Shown: one piece after another, positions 17,590 to 31,434 of the stretch
Layout: each line of letters starts with the position of its first letter
Numbering within the stretch: the stretch's first letter is position 1
Source of the DNA: Bdellovibrionota bacterium
GTDB taxonomy: Bacteria > Bdellovibrionota_C > UBA2361 > JBGSMV01
Assembly: GCA_041739995.1 (NCBI GenBank)
Contig: JBGSMV010000053.1
Location: 1-33,736 of the forward strand
DNA: 33,736 nt
Direction of reading: 5' to 3'
The notes under the pieces: generated by a model
Told to the model about the DNA's origin: nothing
Database searches by the model: none
The model's input: the letters and a program-made list of their open reading frames with translations, nothing else
Program-made: the position numbers and the translations under genes

Positions 17590-19086
17590 TTAGGGTTGGG
17601 CCGCGGCCGCGGAAACAAGAGGGACTGCCTGGTCAATTCTAGCCATGGTCTCCTCCTTACCGAGTGCAGCCAGAGACTCAAACAGGGGAGGAGTTACCTT
17701 CTTCCCCATTATGGCAATCCGCAGCACTCCGAACACCGAGCCAGCCTTAGCACCTATCTCAGTCACAAGCGGGCGCAATGCGCCTTCAATTTGATCATGT
17801 GAAAAACTAGGCAGAGATCCCAACAAGTCCTTTGCGCGACCCAGCACTTCAGAAGCTCGCTCGAGCGTCATGTCCTTTGCCACGATCTGCGTCAGGTCCC
17901 GTTCAACCGGTTTCTCGGCAAGAAACTCCACCATCGGTGAGATCTCAGCCAAGACCTTCACTCGCTCCTGAACCAGAGGCCCGATAGCTCGCAAACGCGC
18001 GTCCGGAACAGTAAAGCCACTCTTCTCAATGCGCTGCTTTGCAAACTGGTGGAACTCCTCGTAAGGGAGCGCTCGAATGTAAGATCCATTCATCCATGCA
18101 AGCTTTCCATAGTCGAAGATCCCGCCCGCTTGACTGATACGCTCAATGCTGAACTTCTCGACTAGATCCTGGCGAGTATAAATCTCTTGCTCCGTGCCAT
18201 CGCCTTCCGACCACCCAATCAACACCGTAAAGTTAAGCAACGCTTCGGGCAGGTATCCATCCTCACGAAACACACTTGTATTCACCGAACCATCGCGCTT
18301 CGAAAGCTTCTTTCCGTTGGGGCCTTTAATTACCGGAAGGTGCGCAAACACGGGCTTCTCCCAGCCAAGTGCCTCGTACAGCAGAACGTGAATAGGAGCG
18401 CTCGAGAGCCACTCATCTCCTCGCAGAATGTGCGTAATCTCCATATCATGATCGTCAACCACAACGGCAAGATGATAGGTCGGCATTCCGTCGCTCTTAA
18501 GTAATACAGTGTCCTTAAGGGGAGCCGACTCCCAAACCACTCGCCCCTTGACCGCATCCTCAAGCACTACCGTTTTCTTAAACGGCATTCGAAATCTCAC
18601 CACGTGCTTGGCCGTCGCCGAAACATTTCTGTCTCGACAATACCCCGAGTACCCCGGCGACTCCTTGCGTGCCATCTGCTCATTGCGCTCTTGCTCAAGC
18701 ATGGCTGGAGTACAGTCACAACGATAGCAAACGCCCTTCGCAATAAGATCTTCGGCTACCGCGCGATACCGCTCGCCGCGCAGGCTCTGAATGTAGGGCC
18801 CATACGCCCCACCAAGATTTGGAATTCCTTCGATGTTCTCGCCTGCCTGCAAGAGCTCGGCGTGCGAGGGACCTTCGTCCGGTTCGATGCCGAACCACTT
18901 AAGTTCTTGAATCATCCCGGAGATTGCACCCGGAACCAGACGTTCGCGGTCTGTATCCTCGATGCGAAGAATGAACTTTCCGCCGCTATGTCTGGCCAAC
19001 AGCCAGGCGAAGAACGCGGTGCGCGCGCCTCCAACATGGAGCGCTCCGGTAGGACTTGGGGCGAATCTGGTTCGAACTGGCTTCAT
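17590..19086 (-). CDS. gltX: Glutamate--tRNA ligase
   Basis: RTRFAPSPTGALHVGG, LRIEDTD, PTYHLAVVVDD, RGDEW, KLSKRDG; C-terminal anticodon-binding domain. Confidence 0.98.
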   Translation of the reverse strand: MKPVRTRFAPSPTGALHVGGARTAFFAWLLARHSGGKFILRIEDTDRERLVPGAISGMIQELKWFGIEPDEGPSHAELLQAGENIEGIPNLGGAYGPYIQSLRGERYRAVAEDLIAKGVCYRCDCTPAMLEQERNEQMARKESPGYSGYCRDRNVSATAKHVVRFRMPFKKTVVLEDAVKGRVVWESAPLKDTVLLKSDGMPTYHLAVVVDDHDMEITHILRGDEWLSSAPIHVLLYEALGWEKPVFAHLPVIKGPNGKKLSKRDGSVNTSVFREDGYLPEALLNFTVLIGWSEGDGTEQEIYTRQDLVEKFSIERISQAGGIFDYGKLAWMNGSYIRALPYEEFHQFAKQRIEKSGFTVPDARLRAIGPLVQERVKVLAEISPMVEFLAEKPVERDLTQIVAKDMTLERASEVLGRAKDLLGSLPSFSHDQIEGALRPLVTEIGAKAGSVFGVLRIAIMGKKVTPPLFESLAALGKEETMARIDQAVPLVSAAAAQP

Positions 19087-19277
19087 AAATCCTTATGAGA
19101 TACTGCCTGATACAAATAGCCGCTGGGCCCCTTTGAGACAAGCCAGCGGCCGATTCGACGCTAACGCCACGCCGGGGATTCGTCGAAAGCTCGAATTCAT
19201 CAACTCCTCCACCGAACTACGGTTTTTAGACCGCTCTCTTTGAACTATATATAGTAAGTGGCAAACGAAGTAGTACC

Positions 19278-20384
19278 ATGAAAAAGACGCACCACCCTGA
19301 GCAAGATCCCCCTCTTTCCGCCTCAAATAGCGAGCCGAACTCGTCACAGAGTGAAGGACCAGAAGGCTCGCCTCCGAGCTCCCCTGCTCCTTCTCACACT
19401 CCTTCTCAAAAAGGAGACCCCAGAGGAGACCTGGCTTCACTCTCTGCTCTTTCATCAACGGACCCGACTGAAAATAACGCCACTCCTCCAGAGTCCAGCG
19501 ACGGCTCGCGTAATATTGTGGTGCAGGGAAGCTCCAGCGCTCACTCGTGGCTTGCAACTCTAGTGCTCGGTTTTGGCATCTGCGTCTTTATCTTGCTGGT
19601 GCTCGGGGTTGTCGCATTTGCAGTATTCCCGCCTTCGTCCGGCAGTGCCTTCTTTAATCGCTTCATGCCCTTCCTTTCCCAACCAACCAGCAGCTCCTCG
19701 ACACAAAGCCCAGCCCAAACTCGTCCCGACTCAGGCACATGGACCAACACCGGAGAGAACGACCAGGTCTCAAGAGAAGACCGAGGCTTCATTCAAAGGC
19801 CCTTGGTCTCAGCTGAACAAGTTTTGGCCGATGCAGAAACGATGCGCGGAGAACTGTACGGCCGAGGATTGATTTCCGTTGGTGGCGTAGAGGTAGCAGC
19901 CGCTGATGCGCTAGCGACCTTAGATCAACATCGCACTTCGTTGGTGGTTGCGCTGTTCGCTCAACCTCTCACCGCAGAGAGAACTGCGGAGCTGCTGAAT
20001 ACGCCTCCAAGCTCAATAGAGCAGCTTTTCGGAGGCGAGAACCCTGCCCTTCTTGTACTCCACGCGGAACTTTCTCCGTTTGGTTCCGACTGCTCCCCTC
20101 TAAGCATCAAACGCTATCGTTGGATTGTGGGAATTCCTGGATCCACGCAAGTAATCGAGATCGCAAGGAACCCCAACACCGCAGACCTTTCAGAGTTTAA
20201 GGAAATCGGCTGCGTGCGCCGAACCGGCGAGTTGTTTACGCTGAAGGCCGAAGGGTCAGCTCGAGCGATGCTCCCTTCAGAATCAGGAAAGAAACTTAAT
20301 AAAGCAGTCTCCCGCATCAGCTGGTCGGTGGCCGTTCGTAAAGAACTTGGGCTCGCCAAGCCACCGGCGCGAGGCGTGAAGTAA
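19278..20384 (+). CDS. Hypothetical single-pass membrane protein
   Basis: 368-aa ORF: Ser/Pro-rich N-terminus, one TM helix, linker, and a C-terminal domain with two Cys. Confidence 0.7.
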   Translation: MKKTHHPEQDPPLSASNSEPNSSQSEGPEGSPPSSPAPSHTPSQKGDPRGDLASLSALSSTDPTENNATPPESSDGSRNIVVQGSSSAHSWLATLVLGFGICVFILLVLGVVAFAVFPPSSGSAFFNRFMPFLSQPTSSSSTQSPAQTRPDSGTWTNTGENDQVSREDRGFIQRPLVSAEQVLADAETMRGELYGRGLISVGGVEVAAADALATLDQHRTSLVVALFAQPLTAERTAELLNTPPSSIEQLFGGENPALLVLHAELSPFGSDCSPLSIKRYRWIVGIPGSTQVIEIARNPNTADLSEFKEIGCVRRTGELFTLKAEGSARAMLPSESGKKLNKAVSRISWSVAVRKELGLAKPPARGVK

Positions 20385-20428
20385 AAGCGCCTGACCAAAA
20401 AGCAACAGTACGCTTTACATAGGCCGCC

Positions 20429-23912
<3,484 letters not shown>

Positions 23913-23982
23913 ACTAGGGAAACTCTATTGCGTGACCCTCTACGCTCTACCGAGAAGCAGAGTGTAAATAACGTCTAAACTG

Positions 23983-25467
23983 TTAAGGTCTTTGCCAGCC
24001 TAAGTCCGAAGAGGCTGGCCCAAGCCATTGCGAGACTTCATCCTCATACCACGGCAATCCGGAGACCTTCGTAGTCGAAACATTCTCGATGCCTACTTGC
24101 TGCAAAAGCGTCTCGCTTGCGTCCCCTTCAAGCAAGTCCCAACCAGCTCGCAGACGAGCTAATGCTGGTTGACTCTGCTCAAACGCGTGCATGAAATTCG
24201 AAACCACCACGCGCACCTCATGTCGTTCGCGAGCATAAGCCCGCACTCTTTCGCGGTGATTTGAAAGATTCCAACTTGAAACAGCCCGCTGTGCGAGTGC
24301 CTGCCATAGTGCGGCAAGCTCTAGTACCTCGGTGGCACCGGGCTGAATCTTAAAGGCAATCTCTGAGGGAATATGTTCGCTTGCTCCGAAGTCACTCACT
24401 ACTACCGCCACTCCGGCTGCCATGGACAACGCCAGCGCAGGGCCGGCTTGCCCAAAGGCGCTAAAGCGCAAGTGGGTGGCACAATCGATCGTAGGAAGCA
24501 GAGAAACCCAGTCATCAAAAGAATCGCCATACAGCAGCGTGACCTGTTCTTGCACCCCAAACTCTTGTAACAGAGCCGCGGCCGCGACCTTGTCACCGCG
24601 CTGCGGCAGCATCCACTTGGCAAAGATATTCACTCCCGGAACGCGCGCATGCGAGAGTGCCTCACACATCACTGCAAACCGCTGCTCTATGCTGGGCGAT
24701 CCACACCAACCAAGCGTAAAGGTCGGCGAACCAGCGGTCGCACGCTCTTGAGCTTGAAGTTCAAATACTTTTGACTCAACAGGATACGGAATTAAAAATG
24801 CACTGGCTCTCCCGTTTCCGCTCGCTTGGTCGCCAATTTTTTGGTCGCGGTTCGCCCCGATTGGCGTGGCCCCGCCTACTAATGTACGCAACTTCAAACG
24901 TTGGAACTCGCTTACATCCCGCTCAGATGAAAAAATCGGCAAGCCTCCTACGCTCGCTTCGCGCACCGCATGAGGACGTGGCCTGGTGAACTCTTCTAGA
25001 GGTTCGGGCCAAGGAGTGGCTCTGTCGAAAAATCGTGCCACGGTCCTTTCCCATGGACTGTTCAATATTGGCTCTGGCCCATCGTCGGTGAGCAAGAAAT
25101 CATGGAACCACACGACCCCGGGCTTCAATCCCAGATGAATCCTAGAAAATCCAGTTCTTCGATGATTTTCAAGGTGATACAAGAACACATCAAACGGCTT
25201 TTCGCGGTCGCAGTCTGCCGCAGTGAGAAAATGCCGCACCTCAAGCCCCGTGTCTGGCGAGCTCTGAATATCTCTACACCACTGCGGAACTTTGAACTCA
25301 TCATGGAAAATCGTGACATGCGCTCGGGTCACGAGCTCCGGAATAAGTCGACGAGTAACGTAAGCCGCAGGAGACCATCCATGCGCCTTCCTTTCGCCAC
25401 CAGAAAGTGGACTAAACCAGGCCACTCTGGGACATGCAGATAAAGAAGATGCCCGAGACATGCTCAT
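23983..25467 (-). CDS. GT4-like (GT-B fold) protein
   Basis: RVAWFSPL, PGVVWFHDF, SMAAGVAVVVSDFG; sits between two GT4 genes. Confidence 0.8.
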   Translation of the reverse strand: MSMSRASSLSACPRVAWFSPLSGGERKAHGWSPAAYVTRRLIPELVTRAHVTIFHDEFKVPQWCRDIQSSPDTGLEVRHFLTAADCDREKPFDVFLYHLENHRRTGFSRIHLGLKPGVVWFHDFLLTDDGPEPILNSPWERTVARFFDRATPWPEPLEEFTRPRPHAVREASVGGLPIFSSERDVSEFQRLKLRTLVGGATPIGANRDQKIGDQASGNGRASAFLIPYPVESKVFELQAQERATAGSPTFTLGWCGSPSIEQRFAVMCEALSHARVPGVNIFAKWMLPQRGDKVAAAALLQEFGVQEQVTLLYGDSFDDWVSLLPTIDCATHLRFSAFGQAGPALALSMAAGVAVVVSDFGASEHIPSEIAFKIQPGATEVLELAALWQALAQRAVSSWNLSNHRERVRAYARERHEVRVVVSNFMHAFEQSQPALARLRAGWDLLEGDASETLLQQVGIENVSTTKVSGLPWYEDEVSQWLGPASSDLGWQRP

Positions 25468-26585
25468 CTTCCGTTCCCTACGGCACGGGGTTTTAAAGCA
25501 GCAGCTTGCTCAAGCGGAGAGAGCAATCGAGAAATCACCCTGTCCCACCCTCCTTGCACGTCGCTCTCGAGCACTCCGCAGCCGCGAAGCTTCTCTAGGC
25601 CAGCCGCACCAAGGAGCTGCGCAAATCCATCCTCTTGCACCAAGCGGTTGACCGCATGCCCAAGTGCATCCGATGTAGGTTCAACAATCAGACCGGTTTG
25701 CTCGTGCTCCACGAACTCAAGCACTCCACCGCTATCATGCGCGGTGACTACAGGCTTACCGGACGCCATAGCTTCCAGAGTCACGTAGCCATAATCTTCA
25801 TCATGTGGCGCGTAGTAGACTCCTAACGCGTTGGCATACAAATCAATTAGCTCAGGATCCTCGACCCTACCGAGGAACTCGACACGGTCCCACAAGTGAT
25901 GTTTATCAATCTCATTCTTGAGATAGTCCATCACCCCGGGTTCATCAGGCATGCCCACAATTTTCAGTTTTACAAACTGATGCACAATCGGCATTGCTTT
26001 CAACATCAGATCAACACGCTTGATTGAGCAGATGCGTCCCACAGAAAGAATATAGGGATCGAACTTGCCACACACATAACGCCCCGCCAGCGGAAGCGGC
26101 GGATACAATACTTCAGCGTCAAGCTGGTTATAATTCTTAAGACGCGTGACCACATTCGAAGAAATCCCGGAACGAAATGCGCATTCACCTAGCACTTTGC
26201 GGTCACCGTCTACCAGCATACGCCGCAATGCTTCATCTCGAGGATCGTCGGAAATGTCCGAGTAACGAGATCCGTAGAGGTCGTATAAAGAGCGATGCTG
26301 ATGCACGAGCCACACGCTTTTTACGGGATGCTTGGCATAGTATGAGGGAAACTTTGTGGCGATGACCAGGTCGACGTCGTTACCAGCAAAATTTGATAAG
26401 TCGAGAGAGCGCCACATTGCCGCCTGAGCAAGAATTCTTTCCTTTGGCAGCGGAGAGAACGGGAGCTCCACAGTATCAACAATGTGATTTCGAGCTCGAA
26501 GCTCGCGTACCAAAGATTGTAGCAGAACCTCCTGTCCACCGCGGGTAAACGGCACCTTTGCGCCGAGGACTAAAATTGATGCCAT
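25464..26585 (-). CDS. Glycosyltransferase family 4
   Basis: VPFTRGGQE, SVGRICSIKRVD, EDYGYVTLEAMASGKPVV (EX7E); AGGAG RBS before ATG 26585. Confidence 0.94.
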   Translation of the reverse strand: MASILVLGAKVPFTRGGQEVLLQSLVRELRARNHIVDTVELPFSPLPKERILAQAAMWRSLDLSNFAGNDVDLVIATKFPSYYAKHPVKSVWLVHQHRSLYDLYGSRYSDISDDPRDEALRRMLVDGDRKVLGECAFRSGISSNVVTRLKNYNQLDAEVLYPPLPLAGRYVCGKFDPYILSVGRICSIKRVDLMLKAMPIVHQFVKLKIVGMPDEPGVMDYLKNEIDKHHLWDRVEFLGRVEDPELIDLYANALGVYYAPHDEDYGYVTLEAMASGKPVVTAHDSGGVLEFVEHEQTGLIVEPTSDALGHAVNRLVQEDGFAQLLGAAGLEKLRGCGVLESDVQGGWDRVISRLLSPLEQAAALKPRAVGNGR

Positions 26586-26637
26586 TACCAACTCCTAGCG
26601 GATTACTTCTCGAACCCTTTTCTCGCGACCTTAGCAA

Positions 26638-28167
26638 TCACGGAACCTTTGCGATGACACAGTAGTCTTGATGCCCGTACAGCAGCGAATTAAGCCGTGA
26701 GATATTGTGATTAAACAGAGTCACCATCTCCATCCAGCGCGGCGTCATATAATCTTCTACCGCCAACGAGCGAAGTAGCGCGCCGTCTGGCACAGGAGAG
26801 AGCAATCGCACTTCCTGCACGTCGAGGCCGCCGAGTGTCATCATGTAGGAGAGCGTATCAGGATGCATTGGCCACACATGCGTCGGATCACGAAAGTAAT
26901 TCGATGACAGCGCCGTTAAGGACTGCGGATTAATGGTTTCAAACACCACCACTCCGCCAGCTCGTACCTTTTGAGAGCAAAGCTTCATCAGGGTCTCAAG
27001 TTGCTGACGCGTAAGATGTTCAACCACCTGAATCGCAATCACGCCCCGTAACGATCGATCAGGCGCTTCTTCTAATGCTCTGAGTCCATCGCCAAAGGCA
27101 GTCTTCACGCCTCGCTCAGCGGCTACCTGCACCATGGCACCGTCCATGTCGATACCACGAGCCGGAATGCCAGCTTCCTTAAATAGAATCTGGAGTTCTC
27201 CTCGACCCGAGCCAATCTCAAGAACTTCAGAGCTCGCTACTGCAGGGTCACCACCAAAACGGTCGACTGCAAAGAGCGGCGGATATATCGTGAGGCGCTC
27301 TCGAATCTCAGCCTCGCTGCCTCGAAACCTATTCTCTAGTAGCACGTATGATTGATCGGGGGCCTTCGCGCTGGTCTCCGAAGCCTGCTGCGCACTTGCG
27401 GACGGGGCGGAAGCCGAACTGAGCGGTGCTGAGACTCGAGCCACAGCACCTTCTAGTCCGCGTGCCACACTGTCAAGAGTTTTTAGTGAAGCTTCATGCC
27501 GCTGTGAGGAACCCTGCAGCGTAGTCACCAATCCATTGACCTCGCGCAGTCCGGCATAGAGCTCGTCAAATACTCGACGTTCGGTGCTGCGCAGTGACGC
27601 GCCGTACTCGTCACTCAAGCGCTCGATGCGTTCGAGCGCCTTAGTGGTATCCACGTCAATCTTTCGAATAAGCTCCCAGAAGTTCGACGCATCCCGCGAA
27701 TCGACATACTTGCTAATGTCGTTAAACATTCGCACCACGTTGGCGTTGAAGTCGCGCTCGGCGGCAAAATATTCTTTAAGTAGTGAGTCAAAGATAACGC
27801 GCATCAGTTTGCGCTTTACAGCGACGATAGTCCGACCAAGGAATCCGGGCCTATGACTCTGAAGTCCGTCGAAATTCAGTCTGCTGCTAAATGAATAGTT
27901 GCTGTTGAGATACCTAAGCTCTTCTGATTGTAAGAGTTCGCCCGCTTTGCGCGTGCCCGTAGTTGATGGAGAGCTAGCCTCAGGCTTAAACGCAGGACGC
28001 TGTCGCCCATGCGTCTCAATCTCTTTAGCGACTGAGGCGCGGATATTGGCCATGAGCGCGCGAATATCTAACGGAGCATCTAAAGGACCATCTAGCGCCT
28101 GCGAAGCGGTGCTATCCTGAGACGAATCATTCATAGGCACCGCGTTCCTCGGTAGTGGCAATCCCAT
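26638..28167 (-). CDS. Class I SAM-dependent methyltransferase with N-terminal coiled coil
   Basis: ENRFRGS, VLEIGSGRGE, GIDMD, QVVEHL, FETINP, DPTH; heptad-like helical N-terminal half. Confidence 0.9.
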   Translation of the reverse strand: MGLPLPRNAVPMNDSSQDSTASQALDGPLDAPLDIRALMANIRASVAKEIETHGRQRPAFKPEASSPSTTGTRKAGELLQSEELRYLNSNYSFSSRLNFDGLQSHRPGFLGRTIVAVKRKLMRVIFDSLLKEYFAAERDFNANVVRMFNDISKYVDSRDASNFWELIRKIDVDTTKALERIERLSDEYGASLRSTERRVFDELYAGLREVNGLVTTLQGSSQRHEASLKTLDSVARGLEGAVARVSAPLSSASAPSASAQQASETSAKAPDQSYVLLENRFRGSEAEIRERLTIYPPLFAVDRFGGDPAVASSEVLEIGSGRGELQILFKEAGIPARGIDMDGAMVQVAAERGVKTAFGDGLRALEEAPDRSLRGVIAIQVVEHLTRQQLETLMKLCSQKVRAGGVVVFETINPQSLTALSSNYFRDPTHVWPMHPDTLSYMMTLGGLDVQEVRLLSPVPDGALLRSLAVEDYMTPRWMEMVTLFNHNISRLNSLLYGHQDYCVIAKVP

Positions 28168-28420
28168 ATTAACCTCATAAACTGTCCGACCTTACTGCAT
28201 CATGCAGTTCTACCCTAGAGGGACAGTGATTTCAAAGGGTTGAGGCCCTGTTCTCGGACAATTCCGTAGCTTTGCTACGAGCCCTACCTAAATACCGCTA
28301 CGCCCATGCATGAGACGAAATCCCACTCCCACCGATGAATCGAGAGTCGGAATCTGACGATAGGAGTGTGTAAGAGGCTCGGCAAGCATATCGAGCAAAT
28401 CACACCGCTGAGGAGTCAGT

Positions 28421-28690
28421 ATGAGTACGGTTAAGCATCCAATGTTACTTACGGTTAAAGAAGTCGCCACCCTGCTGCGCATTCACCGACCAAAGGTTTA
28501 TGACCTCATTAGGGACGGCACCATTGAGGGCTTTAAATTGGGCTCCGACTGGCGCGTGAAGCGCGAGTCAATCGAGCGTCTGGTCGGCGAGATTCCATCC
28601 GACTTTTTTACGTCGTTAGACGTCAATGACGAAACACCAAACGGCGCCGCGTTAGGTCACACCGAGGGACATCGCGTTAATGCCGAATAG
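28421..28690 (+). CDS. Helix-turn-helix protein (HTH_17 / excisionase / BldC-like)
   Basis: LLTVKEVATLLRIHRPKVYDLIRDGTIEGFKLGSDWRV; GAGGAG RBS. Confidence 0.9.
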   Translation: MSTVKHPMLLTVKEVATLLRIHRPKVYDLIRDGTIEGFKLGSDWRVKRESIERLVGEIPSDFFTSLDVNDETPNGAALGHTEGHRVNAE

Positions 28691-28700
28691 CAAGTTGCGG

Positions 28701-28718
28701 GCTTCGCTGGGGCGAAGC
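28701..28718. terminator. Hairpin between convergent genes
   Basis: GCTTCGC-TGGG-GCGAAGC; no clear U-tract. Confidence 0.4.
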
Positions 28719-28719
28719 G

Positions 28720-30495
28720 CTACATGCGATCGACTACCGGAACACCAATGAGATACATCCCTTTGGTCAGCACTCCACGGACTGCAGCGAACAATGAGAG
28801 ACGCGCCGTGGCAGTAGCCTTATCTTCGCCCACCACACGCAAAGCTCTATAAGCGAGAGAGAAGGCGCGGGCCAAATCCAACACATAGTTGGCGACGTGA
28901 TAGGGCTCACAGTCTCTCCCGGCCAGCTCCACCACTTCTTGAAACTTGGAAATCATCTGCACCAACTGGTAGGCAGAGTCGTCTTCAATCAGCTTCCAGT
29001 TGCAGTCACTCGTCGCAACAATGCCTTCGAGCTTGGCTTTCTGTTCAATGCCATTGATACGCGCCACGGCGTACTGGACGTAGGGGCCCGTGTCGCCTTG
29101 AAAGCTGAGAGCTTCATCCCAAGAAAAATGGAACTCTTTGGTATTTCCACGACACATGTAATTAAAGGCCACGGCGCCAAGCCCGACCGATTCCGCCAGC
29201 GTCAGCTGGGCTGCTTCATCATGCTCGAGTCCTTCAGGCTTCTTGGCCACTTGAGATCGATAAGCCTCTAACGCCCTGTCGCGTGCTTCATCAAGCAATG
29301 CATGGAGCCAAATCTTGTCGTCCTTACCGAGGCTTCCTCTGGTGCTAATACCGGGAACATTGCCATACGCCACGTGCTGCATCTTCTCGCCGATGGGGTG
29401 CTTCATGCGCTTAAGCACTTCAATGAGCTGCATGAAATACTGCGTCTGTGGTGCTCCCACTACATACAGTACTTTGTCAGGATCATAGTGCTGATATCGA
29501 TAATCAGCCGTAGCAAGATCTCTGGTTATGTAGAGCGAGCGTCCATCTTCAGCAAAAACTCTCACGAAACCCAGCTTCTTGCCCAAATCAACTCCCAGCG
29601 CCCCTCTGGATTCTTCCAGCATGCCGCTGTCGCGCAGTGTCTTTTCGACGCCGTCTAGTTTATCGCGATAAAAGGATTCACCGGTGTAGTGGTCGAAATG
29701 CACCTCAAGCCGCGCGTAAAGTTGGCGCAAATACTGAAGAGATATATCAAGACACCACTGCCAGAACTCCGTCGCCTCTTTGTCGCCCGCTTCAAGACGC
29801 AAGAAATAGTCCCGCGCCATCTGATTCACGTCCGGCTTATCGAGGTCAGTCGCGGCTACAGTCCCCTCTTCCTGCGCTTTCTTTATCCCGGTCGCGCGCA
29901 CGTACAAGTTCACTAATTCAAAAATGCTGTCTTCCTTCGGCTTTCCAAACAACGCACAGCCGGCATACACGAATCCAAACTGAGTGCCCCAGTCTCCGAG
30001 GTGATTAATGCTCACTACTTCATGACCGAGGGAGCGCAAAATGCGATCAATCGCGTGACCGATCAGCGTGGTTCGAAGGTGTCCGATATGAAACGGCTTG
30101 GCGATGTTGGGGCTTGAGTACTCGACAATAATCTTCTGAGGTGCGGCGACTGGCTCAAGCGCTATGCCCTCGGCCAGCAGCTTCCCTAACACTTCTTTCG
30201 AAAATGCCGCTCGTCGGCGAAAGAAATTAAGATACGGTCCTACTATCTCGACCCTCTCAAAGTCCTCTGGCAACTCGAGCGCTTCCTTAACTCGCTTAGC
30301 GCACTCCGGAGGCGCGACCTTCCATTGCTTCGCAAGTGAAAAACAGGGAAATGCGAGGTCGCCATGTGCCAGCTCTTTGGGGTATGTCAGTGCCGAAGCT
30401 ACCTCCGCTTCTGAGAGCGAACTCGCCTTAGAAATAGCACTTACTAATGCAGATGATCCCACGCCTACCGACTCCAAAAAATTCTCGCGCGACAT
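28720..30495 (-). CDS. argS: Arginine--tRNA ligase
   Basis: VEYSSPNIAKPFHIGHLR, NHLGDWGTQFG, YITRDLA, GDTGPYVQYAVARI. Confidence 0.98.
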   Translation of the reverse strand: MSRENFLESVGVGSSALVSAISKASSLSEAEVASALTYPKELAHGDLAFPCFSLAKQWKVAPPECAKRVKEALELPEDFERVEIVGPYLNFFRRRAAFSKEVLGKLLAEGIALEPVAAPQKIIVEYSSPNIAKPFHIGHLRTTLIGHAIDRILRSLGHEVVSINHLGDWGTQFGFVYAGCALFGKPKEDSIFELVNLYVRATGIKKAQEEGTVAATDLDKPDVNQMARDYFLRLEAGDKEATEFWQWCLDISLQYLRQLYARLEVHFDHYTGESFYRDKLDGVEKTLRDSGMLEESRGALGVDLGKKLGFVRVFAEDGRSLYITRDLATADYRYQHYDPDKVLYVVGAPQTQYFMQLIEVLKRMKHPIGEKMQHVAYGNVPGISTRGSLGKDDKIWLHALLDEARDRALEAYRSQVAKKPEGLEHDEAAQLTLAESVGLGAVAFNYMCRGNTKEFHFSWDEALSFQGDTGPYVQYAVARINGIEQKAKLEGIVATSDCNWKLIEDDSAYQLVQMISKFQEVVELAGRDCEPYHVANYVLDLARAFSLAYRALRVVGEDKATATARLSLFAAVRGVLTKGMYLIGVPVVDRM

Positions 30496-30597
30496 GCCCT
30501 CAAAGAAGGCTCCTGCCCCGTGCGCGTCTGATTCGCCGGAAAGAGTAACAGAAGCCTATTGGAATTAAAATTGAGCCTCTCTCGCTGAAAAGACCGA

Positions 30598-31434
30598 CTA
30601 AACGGGCGCCCCAAGACAGCGCGTCAGCCCCGCGAACTCATCAATAGTCATGGACTCGGCCCGTCTTTCAGGATCGAGGCCGAGTTCAACAAAAGCCTTC
30701 GCAAGCAGCTCAGCGTCGAACAAAGCGCTCCCTTTAAGGCTGTTCATTATCGTCCTCCGGCGCTTAGAAAAAGAGGCTCTCACTACCCGCTCGAACAGCG
30801 CAAAATCGGTCACTCCAGCCGCGGCTTCCTTGCGCGGCGTGAGCTGTATCACGATGGACTCAACTTTAGTCGGGGGATGAAAGGCGTCGCCCGGTACCAC
30901 GGGCCCGAGCACCACGTCACACCAAAGCTGAATGGCCACAGAAAGGCTTCCATAGGTCCTGCTGCCAGGCGGCGAAGCCACGCGCTCCGCAAACTCTCGC
31001 TGCAGCATGAACACGGCTCGTCGAATGGCGCCGCGCTGCCTAAGCACATGAAAGAGAATGTCAGTAGAAAGCGAGTACGGTAAATTTCCGAATACGACCA
31101 GCTCGCTTCCAAGCTCCGAAAACTGCACTTGGCGCACGTCATTGCAATGCACTTTCGCTTGCGGAAAGCGAACCGAAAGATCGGCACTAAGATTCTTCTC
31201 GATTTCGATTAATTGCAGCGCATGTGGCCCTGCGCAGGCCACTTCGTAAAGCGCTGCGGTGAGGGCACCAAGACCAGGCCCAATCTCAACCAAAGCATCG
31301 CTCTTTAGAGGCTGCCCAAAATCGAGCACCGACTCGATCACAAACGGATTTACGATGAAATTCTGTCCACGCTGCTTCGAGGGTTGAACGTTAAGTTCTC
31401 GAAGTTCACGGTGTGCTTTCTTTTTTAGAGTCAT
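30598..31434 (-). CDS. rsmA: 16S rRNA adenine dimethyltransferase
   Basis: GQNF, EIGPGLGALT, GNLPY, MLQREFAER, FHPPTKVES. Confidence 0.97.
   Translation of the reverse strand: MTLKKKAHRELRELNVQPSKQRGQNFIVNPFVIESVLDFGQPLKSDALVEIGPGLGALTAALYEVACAGPHALQLIEIEKNLSADLSVRFPQAKVHCNDVRQVQFSELGSELVVFGNLPYSLSTDILFHVLRQRGAIRRAVFMLQREFAERVASPPGSRTYGSLSVAIQLWCDVVLGPVVPGDAFHPPTKVESIVIQLTPRKEAAAGVTDFALFERVVRASFSKRRRTIMNSLKGSALFDAELLAKAFVELGLDPERRAESMTIDEFAGLTRCLGAPV

Noticed and set aside
19093..19557. 154-aa minus-strand ORF
   Set aside because: Antisense to the longer 19278..20384 gene.
28172..28181. TTATGAGGTT resembling the pilT-junction motif
   Set aside because: It is the RBS region of the methyltransferase and lacks the GGTAAC half.
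28421..28690. Prophage or ICE suggested by the excisionase-like gene
   Set aside because: No integrase, att/tRNA site or phage genes; flanked by core genes.
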